A DNA stretch of 64,000 nucleotides from Amoebidium appalachense. Its lineage: Eukaryota; Protista; Ichthyosporea. The notes beneath the pieces are model-generated. The model was not told the origin of the DNA, did not search any database, and was given only the letters and a program-made list of their open reading frames with translations. This document shows, piece after piece, positions 1 through 33,014 of this stretch (positions are counted from its first letter, which is position 1; every line of letters begins with the position of its first letter). The position numbers and the translations under genes were made by a program. The stretch is from assembly GCA_963693365.1 (NCBI GenBank), contig CAVNZM010000004.1, forward strand, positions 826,448-890,447. Reading direction: 5' to 3'.

Positions 1-74
1 TATTTTCGTGTGTCAGAGGGAGGGGAACGGGGGGAGGGGGGAGGGAGGGAGGGGAATGGGTGGAGGTTGCATAC

Positions 75-11760
<11,686 letters not shown>

Positions 11761-11808
11761 GGCCCCTGGTCGTCCAGGACCACGTGGTGCTGTGTGTGTG
11801 TGTGTGTG

Positions 11809-11865
<57 letters not shown>

Positions 11866-11988
11866 CATGCGCCACAGTGGGTGTCAGTGTTAGTGTGCCT
11901 GTATCTGTGTGCATGTGTGTATCTGGATTGCCGCGTGTGCGTGTGTGTGCCTGTGCGTACGAGTGCACGTGTGTGCATGTGCATGCAT

Positions 11989-12029
<41 letters not shown>

Positions 12030-15000
12030 TGTGGTGAGTGTCTGTATCTACGATGTGTGTGTTCCTGTGTGGCCGCGGGCATGTGTGTGTGTGTGTGTGT
12101 GTGCTTGTGTGTACGTGTGTGTGCATGTGTGTGTGCAACCACGTGTGTGTGTATGTGTGTGTGTCTACGTACGTGTGCACACGAGTGTGTTTGTGCATTT
12201 GTGTGTGTCTGTGTCTGTGCACGTGCATGTGTTTGTGCCTGCATGTGTGTGAGTGCGTGTACATTGCACGTGGGCACGTGTATGAAGGAAGCTCGTGTGT
12301 GTGTGCAAGGTGGAATGTAAATGTGTGACGGCCAATACTATGTTGTGCTAATCCATTAGAATGTAACTGTGCCAGTGCTTGGTGCAGCCTACAAGTCACG
12401 CGGTTTACACAGGCACTCTCGGTAGCGGCCCCAGTGTAAATACACCATTACTGTTGAAATTTATTGCTTGCATGAGAGGTGTGTAGTGTACATAAACGTG
12501 AGCACGTGAAAATGCAAGGCAGAGAGTATGGTAAGTGTATACGCCAATCCGTGTTTGTGTCATATTGTCTGTGTGTGTGCTTCCAAATGAGGGAGTTAAG
12601 TTAGGCCACAACCTTGCACGAAAAAATGTTCACCAGGCCGAACGGAACACAAAAATGGAACAGGTCTGTGATGCGGGGGTGCACGCATACGAACACGTTG
12701 AGTATTTAATGGGGTTGAGGGCATAGTGTGTGGCCGTATATATTTTCCCGCTCTTTGACCCCCCTATACCCACGCCGCAGGCGCGCGCGCGCTGCACATG
12801 CACACGCATGTATGGACATACACACGCACACACAAACACGTGCACGCGCGCGCGCACACACACACACACACAGAAACACACAGATACAGACACGACACGC
12901 ACACCTACAACACCCCACTCCACAACCACACAAAAGTGTACGAATGCTATACGTTAGCCTACTGGTGGCAAGCCTCGGTTCTTTTTCCTATAACAATACA
13001 CACTCTACATAACCACATACAGAAACATCTGTTACCATATTCAACGCCATACAACGCAAAAAAAGGACAAAGAACCACAGCCACGTTTTCCCCACAAGGC
13101 TTGCACCACGTTGGGCCTCCCTGCCTAGTTCTCCCACACCAAACCAGACCTCAAGTATACATGCCCCCTAATCACGTACCTGTTATATTGGTGGCCATCG
13201 TGCCACGCCCTCGAATATAAAAATACTGCTTTTATTCACTAACCGACACCGCGTATATGTATCAGAGCTAGCGAAATTTCTATTGAGAACGCCTGTAAAC
13301 AGGCATAAAACAGCAGCCGCGTAATAGGTGCAGGCTGTTTTTCAACGGCCCACGTGAGTACATGCCTTCAACCTTTCAAACGTTGTCGTTAAAATGTGAA
13401 AGGAAAGAGCATATAAAAGACAACCAGTGCTACGGTGCAACACCACTATCTTTGGTTCTCTAAAGGGTAAGTATTCTAGGTATATACATAAACTACTCAG
13501 TACGTGTGTGTCCATGCGTGTTGCACTTGTGCGGCCGTTTGTGGTGCAGTTGAAGCATCACTTGTTGTATGCACGCGCTTGAGCTTATATGATTTGTTGT
13601 TGCCGGTCCTTTGGAACGACGGAATGCATTCTTGGTAATCTCGGCCAGACAAAACAAGCGACAGGGATTGGTTTCTGATGAGCTCTTGTGCCAATCGTCC
13701 CTGTGATTGGTGAAATCTCTAGACTCTAATACATGGGTAACTTGAAGCAGTTGATGATGATTGGACGTTGACTTTTATGGATTGCCTTTTTTGTCTCGTG
13801 TCGTGTGTACGCACTGTACAACACAACATGCACAGAAATGCACGGGGCCCGGGGGAAGCACCAAAGTTTGTCACATGTACACCTTGCCCCCTTCCGGACA
13901 GTTTGTGTTGTTGTGTATGTAGGAGGGCCTACATCGACCGGGTGAATCACGTGCACAGTCGCCAACATTCGAACCGTTCAGTATATCGACATAAACAACA
14001 GGTTAGGCTCACGCCACGGCAATCACACACACACTCTGTCGCCCACCGGTATTGGATGCATGCTGGACATGAGAGCCGGATCGCGTGACAGTTGCACTAA
14101 GGTGGCACGAGACTCAAAGCTATGCACATGTATAGGCGACACATATCATGTTTCCCATCATGTTGCAACTTGCCAAAACTATCACCGATATATATACCGC
14201 CTAATGAATAGTATATCCATGGCTAATCATGACTTTCATTCTGTACAGCATCTTCTCGGATTTGCACCCAGTGACGCTGGGCACGGATGTAAGCAGGCTA
14301 TATCGCAAAGAGACCGACATGGGAGTCATGCAATGGCCAGAATTTCACCGCGGGTTGTGGCACAGACGCTCGTTAGCTACTTTAAACGTTGAAATCTGGG
14401 TCTTGCGTCGCATGCCTTTGCCAAAGGGGTATTTTGCCAACACTTGTGCTGAATCAATTGGTGCATGCATGTAAACAGTCAAAATTAAGCACCGACAGAC
14501 TGAGCAAGTATATCATAACCTGGTTTTTTAAAAAATGTAGATTTTCTGCAGCAGTGTTGTTTGGCCAAGGGCGAGGCCAAAATTAGTAAGTGGGTGTACT
14601 TGACTCAAGCATTCACGTACATAATATTCCTGAGTGGTCGTTGCGGGTATTCTTGAAGAAAAGCCTGCTTCACCGAAGCAAAAGCAAAAGCAAAACAATT
14701 TCTCAGTGTCAAAAACTTCAGATAGCTGGGGCGTGTGCGGAATGCATGCATCCGTAAAAATAACGGAGAGGCTTTATAATCGTGACATACACTCCAAAGA
14801 AGGCCTCGCGGCATAGAGCAGCAACCGTAACTTCAGATGTATTTGTGGGAACGTCGGATTAGACCCCAGCTTGCAGCACTGTAAAGGCTTTCATCTCTGC
14901 TTATAAAATCGAAATAATCAAACGTTATGTTGTGAGCTATTGGTCTATTCACATGACCCGTGGCTGTTACCACTCACTGTTTTGTGCAAAGCATTCACAC

Positions 15001-15780
15001 ACACATTGTTGCACAGCTAAACACCATATTGTGATCCAGCGGTTCAGTTTTTCCGTCGCACATAACGGGATGCATCATGCACAACTCCAGGGAGAAACAG
15101 CTACCACATAAGAATTCCTTTCACACCAAGAATTTGCTTGATCTTCCCTTTTCTGTGTGTGTGCCTTGCACATGGAAACAAACAGTGGATATGCCTTACA
15201 CGTGTAACCTTTCAAAAACTCTGCGCTTCGCAAACCGCGTCCAACCAACTCCAAAAAGGCTGGTTAACCAACAATAAAAGGGTTTTTCTCTGGTTGAAAC
15301 GTTGATTACACATAGTTTATTCTCACTTTTTTGCCCTTTTTTTTTTGCTCTTTTGTTTTCTTCTTTTCTACATTCAAAGCTTTTCCTTCCCCTTGGCAGT
15401 CTCCAAGACTCTGGAACGCTCTGGCGCACTCAAAGCCCGCCCAGATTATAAATAAAACCCCTTATCCAATCAAATAGTATATTGAAAAAAATTGGAATAG
15501 TAAATTTCTAAAATGGCATTTGGGAGCTATGATTTTGGAAGCACAGATGGCAGCTGTACAGCTGCTGTCATCCGACGGTCTATCACATCAACCAGCTGCT
15601 TTGACATGTAAAAAAGCATTATGTCTAGCATAGTTGAAAGTATTAATCTACTTAATGTAATATGGTATCAAAATACTAAGTCAAATAGCTTTATTCTCTT
15701 ATTTCTTTTATCCTGAGCTCTTACATGAAATATGCAACTACCCCTGGGAGTCCAACGAAAACAAAGGCCATGAGACGCAT

Positions 15781-15885
15781 TATTGCCGCGCAACCGCAGC
15801 AGGTTAGAATGCATTTGATTGGTCGCTCACGCAGCGGAACTGGTTCGGCACTCGTGATCAGCTCAGCTGCAAAACACTCCTTTTG
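15781..15885 (+). promoter_or_regulatory. Probable core promoter of the RRM gene
   Basis: Local CpG cluster, an ATTGG (CCAAT) box at ~15818 and a pyrimidine-rich ctcctttt at ~15877. Followed by apparent 5'UTR exons/introns: exon ~16297-16325 with a gtaagt donor, and an acceptor immediately before the ATG at 16709. Confidence 0.4.
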
Positions 15886-16190
15886 AGTTTTTCTTTGTAG
15901 TTTGTTGATACCCTGCAGCCTGAAAAAAACCCTTCGTTGAAGTTTTCATTATATCAAGGCAAGTGTGTGTAAAAAAATTTCTAGTGTTTGAAGCTTTATC
16001 CACTTGTAGGAGTTTGGTTACGTGTCGAAGATTTGCTTTGCACACAAGAGGATCTGGGGCTTGGCCTTCAATTTTTCTTTTTTTGCCTGTTTTACCTGTG
16101 TTTTGCCCTCTTGTTTTATTTTTCCCCTCCCCCACTTGCTTCCATGTTGGTCTGGATACCAAAAGCGCCTAAACACTATGGCCAAAAACT

Positions 16191-16228
<38 letters not shown>

Positions 16229-16708
16229 GTTGTTGTTTTTGTTTCTGTTTCTCTCTCTGAGCCTTGTTAAAGAATATGATTCTTGGTTTGTTGCAGCACA
16301 GCTTTGGTGCAGCTGGTGTTGGTTTGTAAGTGTGCTCTAGACTGTGAACCTGGAAATTCGCATGGATGATTCAAAAAAAGTCTTGCGTTCACTTTGTAAA
16401 CAACTAAGTCGAGTAAGAAAGGCGAGAGCTGCGTGTGGAGATTTATGTTTAGTAGATTGCAAAGAGCGAACGCGCTCTCTCTCTCTCTCTCTCACTCTCT
16501 CTCTCTCTCTCAAGTTATGATACTCCCATCAAAGCCCTTCCCTTGCCACCTGCCCTTCCCCGTCCTTCGTTGTTCCTCCGCCCCTCCGCTCCCTCCACTT
16601 TACTTTCTGATCTGTTTAGCTTTTGATTTTCAGCCCGAAAATTTTCTGCTCTCTTGGAGATGGTAGTGTCTTTATGAGGGGGTAGTTGTGCTTACTCTCT
16701 TGGGACAG

Positions 16709-19700
16709 ATGTCTGAAGAACACGAAACTACGGCCGTTGGACACCGTGTGTTCATTGGCAACCTGCCCTTCAAAGTCACCGAGGCAGAAATTGAGGAGCT
16801 CTTGAAGGTCAGTGACTTAAACCAAAGGGTGGATGAACAGGCTGGGATAGGGGTGCAGTTTTGGAAGGGCATGGCTCTGGAGCAAAAGGAACTCACCTCG
16901 TAACATAGGAAACCATAGAGGCCCGTTTGCTGTTTCGTAACCTATCACATTGGTTGGTAGTCAAGTATGGGCTTTGATCGCCGAAGGGGCTGTCCTAGCA
17001 AGCTCGTCTTTAATGGATGTAGTAGAATCCCAACCTCCCCCCCCTTCCCCCCCCCTTTTTTTTTAATTGAGGTTGTGTGCTTTATGGGGAAACATGAGGA
17101 ATATGGCTGGCTGACGTGTATACGTGGAAGGTAATAGGAGGGAAGAATGGGTAGCTAGTTGATGCTGGGGGTAATGTTTGGACCGGCCAGGGCTGTACAG
17201 TGAAGACCCCCCCCCCCCCCATATTTTTCTTGCTTCTGCTTACTGCTGCAACTTTAACCCCCGGCCTTTCCCACTGCCCTTGCCTGCATAAGCAACCCTG
17301 CTCGTCTCTGATCAAGACGGGTGACCTACTCATGTTCAAGTGAAACAGTATCTGAGTTGGGTTTCGTTAACGAGGGGAATAGGTCGAAACTCGGGTACTG
17401 TGGATGACGTGGGCCCCCCCTGAGGATGGGCTCTGCTTATTATGCATACTCTTTATGTATGGCTTGCATTCTGCATCGTGTTATCCGTTTGTTCTTGTGT
17501 ACTTCGTACTTTTTGACGCATTCAAAACCCCCGTGCTCTGCCATGTGCAGCCGCTGCGTTATTCGTCGTACGTGTACTTCGTAGTCTCTAATACACTTTA
17601 AGCCCCCCTTCCCCTTTCGATGGGTTCCTCGGTTTTTATACGTGATTCTTTTTGTACATTCTCTTATCCTCGTCCGTTGTTATGTTGTGTCCCCTGATGT
17701 GCTTCAGACCCTCCCCCCCCCCCCCCCCTTTTGCCATGTTGTGGTGGGAACACCGGTTTAACTTTATCTTACTTTCCTTTTTCTCAACGCTTCTTCTTGT
17801 TCTTCTGGACATTGATATTAATTGCCGTTTGTACAGCCCTTCGGTGAGGTGCTGGAGGTTAAGCTTGCCAAGCGCATGAACAGGTTCCTGGGCTTTGCCT
17901 TTGCCGTGTTCAAGGAGAAGGCTGCTGCCGACGAGGCCATTGCCAAGGTGAGCAGGAGAAAACATGGCACCGAATTCGTGCTTGCTCCAGGCTAGGCATT
18001 GCGTGGGTTGTTTGGCTCTTCGGTGTTATTGTTTGTCTGTGCTTTTGACGGGTAGTAGCTGTGCATGGGTGGTTGCGGATCAGGCAAACTGACCGTGTGG
18101 TGTGCCGTGCGCAGCTCCACAAGACAGACTTCCAGGAGCGCCCCCTTAACGTCGAGGCTGCGCACCCCAACACCGAGCGCAAGGTGAGTGCACGTGGTTT
18201 CCTGTGTGGGTGGTCATGGATAAGATGTGTAGCATGGTTCTCTTTACTGTGTTTTCTTTGTGCCTCTCTGCCAGCATGCCTGTGCAAGCTCAAGAGAATC
18301 CATTGTTGGCCCAGGACTCTTGCTTTTTGTGATGTGTGTGTACTCTGTACTCTTGCACCAACTCATTGTGCAACCATTTGCAGCCCCGCCGTGATGCTGA
18401 GGAGCACTCTGGTGCAGACTCCCAGGGCGAGGAGAAGCCAAGGAGGCGCCGGCCCGATGCACGCCGCCGCCGTCCCCGTCGCGCACCCCAGGAGGGAGAG
18501 GAGGGTGAGCACCATGAAGGTAGGTGGTTCATCGTTTAAAATTTGTTCACCACACACTCTTCTGGTTTTTTTTCGCATGAACACGTTCTTGATGTAATGC
18601 CGCGCTATCACCGCGGCTTTCTGAGCTGCTGGTGTTGCTGTAACCCGGAATAGTGTTAGCTGGGAAACGTGCGGTAGTGGCTTTAGAGGAAAGAGCTGTT
18701 AATTGGTTGGGTGGGACGATGTAAAGAGACAAGTCAGGTGCTCATTGCATGCTGTGATGGATGCACCACAATCTGGCAAGGTGGTTGTCGGCACATCTAG
18801 TCTCTTCCCATCCTCGTTGTCTATTTGCCAACCCCCCCCCCCCCCCCCCCCCCCTTTGGGCACTGGGCCCTCCCTAAGGATGGGCTCTGCTTATGATGCA
18901 TACTGTGCGCATGGCTGATATTACATACTTGAATGTTTTCCTTTGCATGTGTCCCGCACCATGCTTCTCTTCGTGTTTGTGTACTTCGTACCGTGTTCCG
19001 CATTCAACCCCCCCTCCCCTTCCACCCCGGGGTAGAAGCCTAACCTGGGTGCTGCTTGTTGCTTGGGGCTTCTTTATTTGCATACACTTGCGCTTGGTTG
19101 TGGTTGTGTGCGTGAGAGATTCAAGAGTCAAGACCAGTTTGTTTGAAGAGGTGTAGGAGCCTTTTAATGATGCTACATCGTCATGTGAGTGCTCGCACCG
19201 TTGTTTTGGTTTCTTTTGTTTTTGAGTTTTCTTCAAGTTGTGGGTGTTTCAACTCTGCTGCTCCATGTTTTCATATACTACACCATTATACAACACATCA
19301 AACTTCAGCCTCCATCCCCCCCCCCCCCACACACACACACACACCACATCCTCATGCCGCACAGTTCGTGTGGTGTCAATGGTCTCTTGGGGAATCTTTC
19401 GGTGCCTTTTTTGTCTCCCCGCCCCCACTGCCCCCGGCCCCTTCTCGAAGACCCGCACACACGCACTGTTGCACAGGCAACGTCGAGCATGTGATATTAT
19501 TGTAATGTCGCGCTTTGGTGTGCATGCTCCCTGCACTATATTCTTGACCACTAATAAAAAGACTCGACTATGTACCGTGCGGCCGGGTGGCATGTTGGGC
19601 TTCGGCAGTAGGCGGGGGTTTCAGTGTCACCAGTTTAAATAGTTTCATCCATCTTGTGTTCCTGCTCGTTTGCTGATACATTTCCCGCTACAGAGGAGCA

Positions 19701-20294
19701 CCATGAGGAGGGTGCCAGCCGGGGTGGCCGTGGAGGCCGTGGGGGTCGTGGGGGCCGTGGACCCCGCCAGCCCCGGGCAGAGGGTGCCCCTGCTACGGAT
19801 GGTGCTGCCCCTGCTACAAGGGGGGGTCGTGGACGCCGCCGTGTTGCTGTAAGTGTCTGTTGTGTGTCTGTGTGGAAGAAGGGGGTGTTGGGGTTGGGGG
19901 GGGGGGGGGGGGGGGGGGATGAGGGGGATGCTTTCGGGGCATTTCGTGTGTGCACGCGCACGAGTTTGTGTCTGACTTTGTGTGTACGGACTGCTGGTTT
20001 GGTCTTAGCACCTTTGGTTCTGTTCTACAGGTGAGGTGGGCTAGTATGTGTGTCTGTCTGTACCTGCCAGCAGAGTATGAGATTTATGGCGTGCACACCG
20101 TAACCCTGCCCCATCCTTTCACAGCGGGACCGCAGTGCGCTGCCCGACAGCGAGACACTTGTGTTTGTGTCCAACCTGCCCTACACCTACACGGACGATG
20201 ACCTTGCCAAGGTCTTTGCCGGCCTGAGCTTCACCAGCGCACGTGTCGTCAAGCGCGCATCAACAGGCCAGGGCAGAGGTATCCTCCCCGCCCT

Positions 20295-20333
<39 letters not shown>

Positions 20334-21648
20334 AACACACACACACCACCACCACCACCATCATAAAACCTCCGCCTTCTAAGCATACTTCTGAAGTGTG
20401 CTTCACACTCTGCACTGTTGCCCGTCATGTGTGCTTCGTACTCTTTGACACATCTCTAACCCCCTCCTCCCCCCTCCCCCCCCCCTCTTCCTGGATACTC
20501 TTTTACTGCGTGTTCTTCTGTATATCTGCGTGATGTTGGAAGTTGGTGGATTTGAACGCCTTGCTGTGCAGAACCCCTAGCCCCCACACGCACGCACCCC
20601 TAGACCATGCAAGAAGTGATGTGTGGGGCTGTTGTTTAGCTCCCGCAAACTCCAAAATGACAGTTTTTTCTTAGCCCGTCCCCTTTACCACAACTATTGA
20701 CCTCCCACCCCTTCCTACATACATCGAACCACCATTACAACCATTCTTTGGGTCTGATACTTCTTTTCCTCTTACTCACCATAGCAACTACAAGGGCACA
20801 GCACCCTTTTCCCATTTATTCCCCCCTCCCCCCCCCCACCCACCCCCACCCGGCTGCCGCCGCCCTTGCACCTCTCTTACTGATGTTGTGATATTGCATA
20901 CTTTGAGGTGTGTTAGTGCCTTTGCTTTTGATGTCAGGGTACTGTAGCTTGCTGTGAATTTGCTCTGTATTATCTACGCATATATAATCCCCCCCTTCCC
21001 CCACGAAAACACGTACACACACACTAACACAACACACACACATGCGCGTGCACACCCACCCACACAACAACCCGTCTTGGAAAGGCTCACGGGTATAGTT
21101 GCATCAGACTACGACCAGCCACCCAACAACCCTCACATTTAATGGACAGGCCAGGACACTTCCAGTGCTAACATGTACGCTGGGCCGCAGGCTTTGGGTT
21201 TGTAGAAATGGCCAACCACGGAGCACAGCAGGATGCGCTCACAAAGGTCAACGGCAAGGAGTTTGACGGCCGCGTAATTACCGTCAAGATTGCCAAGGGT
21301 GGGTGTTCCCTCAGTGTGCTAATAGTCGATAGAACTGGCCTCATGCATATGCCTTCCCGTGCCCCCCCCCCCCCCTGGTTGACGGTCGCCAGAGCAGTAT
21401 ATACTCTCCACACACACACATCCCTGTCGAAAGTTTCTCTTGCACTTTGTATGCACATGTTATTTCGAGCTGTGTGATGCGGCTCTGCATGCAATGCACG
21501 AGTCCCCCTTTACTGTGCCCTTCACAGACCCACAGACTGAAATTCGTGCGCTGCTCATGCACACACCTATTTTAGCCCTTACTCACTCAAAAGCGTGGAC
21601 CCAACAGAGCGCCAGCCTGACGACCAGGCCGAGACCCCCGCTCAATAA
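16709..21648 (+). CDS. RNA-binding protein, RRM - Arg/Gly-rich (RGG) - RRM architecture (like fungal Sbp1-type proteins)
   Basis: Eight exons in frame: 16709-16807 (RNP2 VFIGNL), 17837-17947 (RNP1 LGFAFAVF), 18115-18183, 18384-18519, 19694-19848 (RGGRGGRGGRGGRG), 20125-20278 (VFVSNL), 21191-21298 (RGFGFVEM..VNGKEFDGRVITV), 21608-21648 (stop). All junctions are GT-AG. Confidence 0.9.
17411..20545 (+). repeat. Degenerate intronic repeat family (GCATACT...TGTGTRCTTCGTA module) in the RRM gene introns
   Basis: Copies at ~17444-17532, ~17533-17608, ~18920-19012, ~20382-20464, plus a partial at ~20492. A shared GGGCCC..CCTRAGGATGGGCTCTGCTTATKATGCATACT occurs at ~17411-17450 and ~18865-18904. Confidence 0.7.
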
Positions 21649-22899
21649 GCCACCGTGCCAAGCAAATGCCCCAATATCTTCATCGGCCAGAAAAAGGGAA
21701 TGGGTCGAGTTTACGATTCTTTGTGAAGCCTTTTGAGTTGTCCACATGCTGTGCTATTTAGCTTAAGGTGTCGTGTAAGGGCAGCGTGTGAACGGGCAGC
21801 TGCCCTATGTTCCCGTCCTGTGCCCGTGTGCAAGTGTTCCCGTCCGGTGTTTGTGGGCGGTGGGTGCCTGGTGTGCCACAGAGTGTCTCTGGGTGTACCC
21901 GGCTTCCTGCTGCTGTGCGTTGTGGCTTAAAGGCTATAGCGCTGTCAAGTAAACGTATGTGTGCCCAGTGTTAATACTTTGTTGTGTACCTTTCTGTACC
22001 GATCATGTGGGTCGATGAATTGAGTATTCTTGTGCCATGCCATCGGCTTCCTGGTCAGACACACCGGCCCGATGAGTATTCACTCATTCCCTCCGTCCCT
22101 GTGGTGGCCGTTTTGCCATCGAAAGGATATATTGCATGGGTATCCCCTGTTTTTGCTTATCCCGGATAACCTTAAACGAGCTCGAACCCTTATTATGGTT
22201 CTTCCGTACGTGCATGCCCCACCCCTGCCCCCCTAAAAATCACCATTGGTGGTTCGAATTTGGATTAATCTATACATGCAATAGCCAGCTGGTACACGTC
22301 ACACCCACACCACCACAATTGTACCTTGTACATGCTAAAACGTACTCGGTGCCATGCATGGGGCCATGTGCGCCCCTCTCACTGCAGCTGTGGTCTAGCT
22401 GCTCGCGCACAAGGCTTAGTTTTGGACTTCGCGCAGCATCCAGATTTGCAAGTAGACTGTCACGGCCCGTCATAACACTACTCAATCCACCTTATTTGGA
22501 ATGAAGCAGGATCGAGTACTCGGCCAGCTGGCCAGTGGGATTCGAATGTGAGGTGCACGGTGGGTCAAAACTTTCAATTAGTACTACTCCGATAGAGCTT
22601 TAGGACTTCATACGGATGCACGTGGCCTTTTTATTCCTTCTGTCTTGTATATCGTGTTTTCGTGCAAAGGGGAAGAAGAAAGTACTTCGTTCAATGACAG
22701 CTATCCTGCTGGACACATAAAGGGCAAACCCTCCTTAACCCTGTAGCGCTGAGTTTCAGAATTCTATGCGTGTTAGAGTAAAAGCACAGTACTACTCCAG
22801 AAGCCTAAATGTGCAAAACGCACACCAACACTGCGTCTTTCAATGCAGGCGCACAAAGGGTGACTCTGCTGTATTGTATGATAAGGCTCTCAACAAAAC

Positions 22900-23180
22900 G
22901 TACAGTTTCCCAACAACCAAGTGACGTCGGCGTCGGCTGCACAACTCGACTGAAATTGAGAACACCCGCAATGTGCCACTCGAATTCCTGCATGACGCCC
23001 GGCAAAGACCATGCGTGACCCCTACATAGCACTCATGCTTTTTCGACTTTTTAATTGGTTTCAAGAACCAATTGAGGGCGTGTGAACCAATGAAAGCGCT
23101 TATTCGAACTTTGGGGTGTGGCCGCCGGCCGGGTGAAACTCAAAGAGTTCACACGCACGCAAGTTTTTCTGCAGGGAGGG
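22900..23180 (+). promoter_or_regulatory. CpG-rich putative promoter upstream of the kinase
   Basis: CpG cluster with TGACGTC (CRE-like) at ~22922, CCAAT at ~23069 and ~23087, and GC-rich ggccgccggccggg at ~23120. Confidence 0.35.
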
Positions 23181-23962
23181 AAGGATAACGGGTGAAAGTT
23201 GATTATGAGAGTATGCTGTGAGTTAAAGGAAAGAACGAATGTTACCGTAGGCAAACAAAGCTTGTAGCTTAGTTATAGGTTATATTTATAGGAAATTTGT
23301 AGCCCAAGGCAACCGGGACATCTCCCTCAACCTTCCCCGTGGTCTTTCCAAGTTCGTTTTTTTTTTTTGGACACAACAGGTGCAAAGAAAAATACAGTGA
23401 GGGTTTCCACTGATCTTAACACGTTGCTGTGGCTGATCTAACAGTAGCCATGACACAAGAGTAGGTTTTTTTTTTCTCCTGGCACAAAGGTGTTATCTAT
23501 TCATAACGAGGAGGTGAAGTCGGTTTGACTGCTTCGGATTCCCGTTGGTGAGTGTTTCTTCTGCTCTTCTTGAAAGACATCAGCAAACATGTTTACTTTA
23601 CAGGTTTCTAGAGATGACAGCATTCTTGTGCTTGTTTTTGTAGCAAGCAGGGTAGGATGAAAGAAACGGGTTGTGGTGCACGGTATTGATAACATGTAAC
23701 AGGGACACGCAAGAACAAAGAAACTTTTGTTGAAGCAGGGTTCTCACAAGACGTAGGGGTGCGTAATTTTAAGTGCGTGAGGAAAGATGGGTTGTACGGC
23801 AGAGCGCCACGACACATGTGGAACGACTGGACATGACACTGGGATAGCAGTGCGAATTTTACAGTGTGTGATGGGCTTAGTGGTGGGGGACTCCTGTTGT
23901 AGGTTGCACTAGAGAGGTGGCAGCTGATACAAAAGTTGTTACAGGTGGTTCTGACAGTAGAG

Positions 23963-33014
<9,052 letters not shown>

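Noticed and set aside
13660-13725. Hammerhead-like CTGATGA...GAAA
   Set aside because: Stems II and III can be drawn, but stem I would be only 5 nt with no hairpin and there is an 8-nt insertion after CTGATGA, so the topology is not valid.
17300-17315. TCAAGACGGGT, antisense to LSU rRNA (possible C/D snoRNA guide)
   Set aside because: It is not followed by a D/D' box at the right spacing and is part of a local hairpin. It is kept only within the structured-intron finding.
17569-17584. acgtgtacttcgtag resembling the U3 snoRNA 5' end
   Set aside because: Box A (GATCATTTCT) and the downstream U3 boxes are absent.
20750-21115. GGTCTGA ... TCAGACTAC resembling the RNase P RNA P4 halves
   Set aside because: The CR-I GGAA context and other conserved regions are missing, and the interval is interrupted by a poly-C tract.
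22245-22265. GGTTCGAAT B-box (also ~13966 minus and ~49511)
   Set aside because: No A-box spacing or cloverleaf, so no tRNA is supported.
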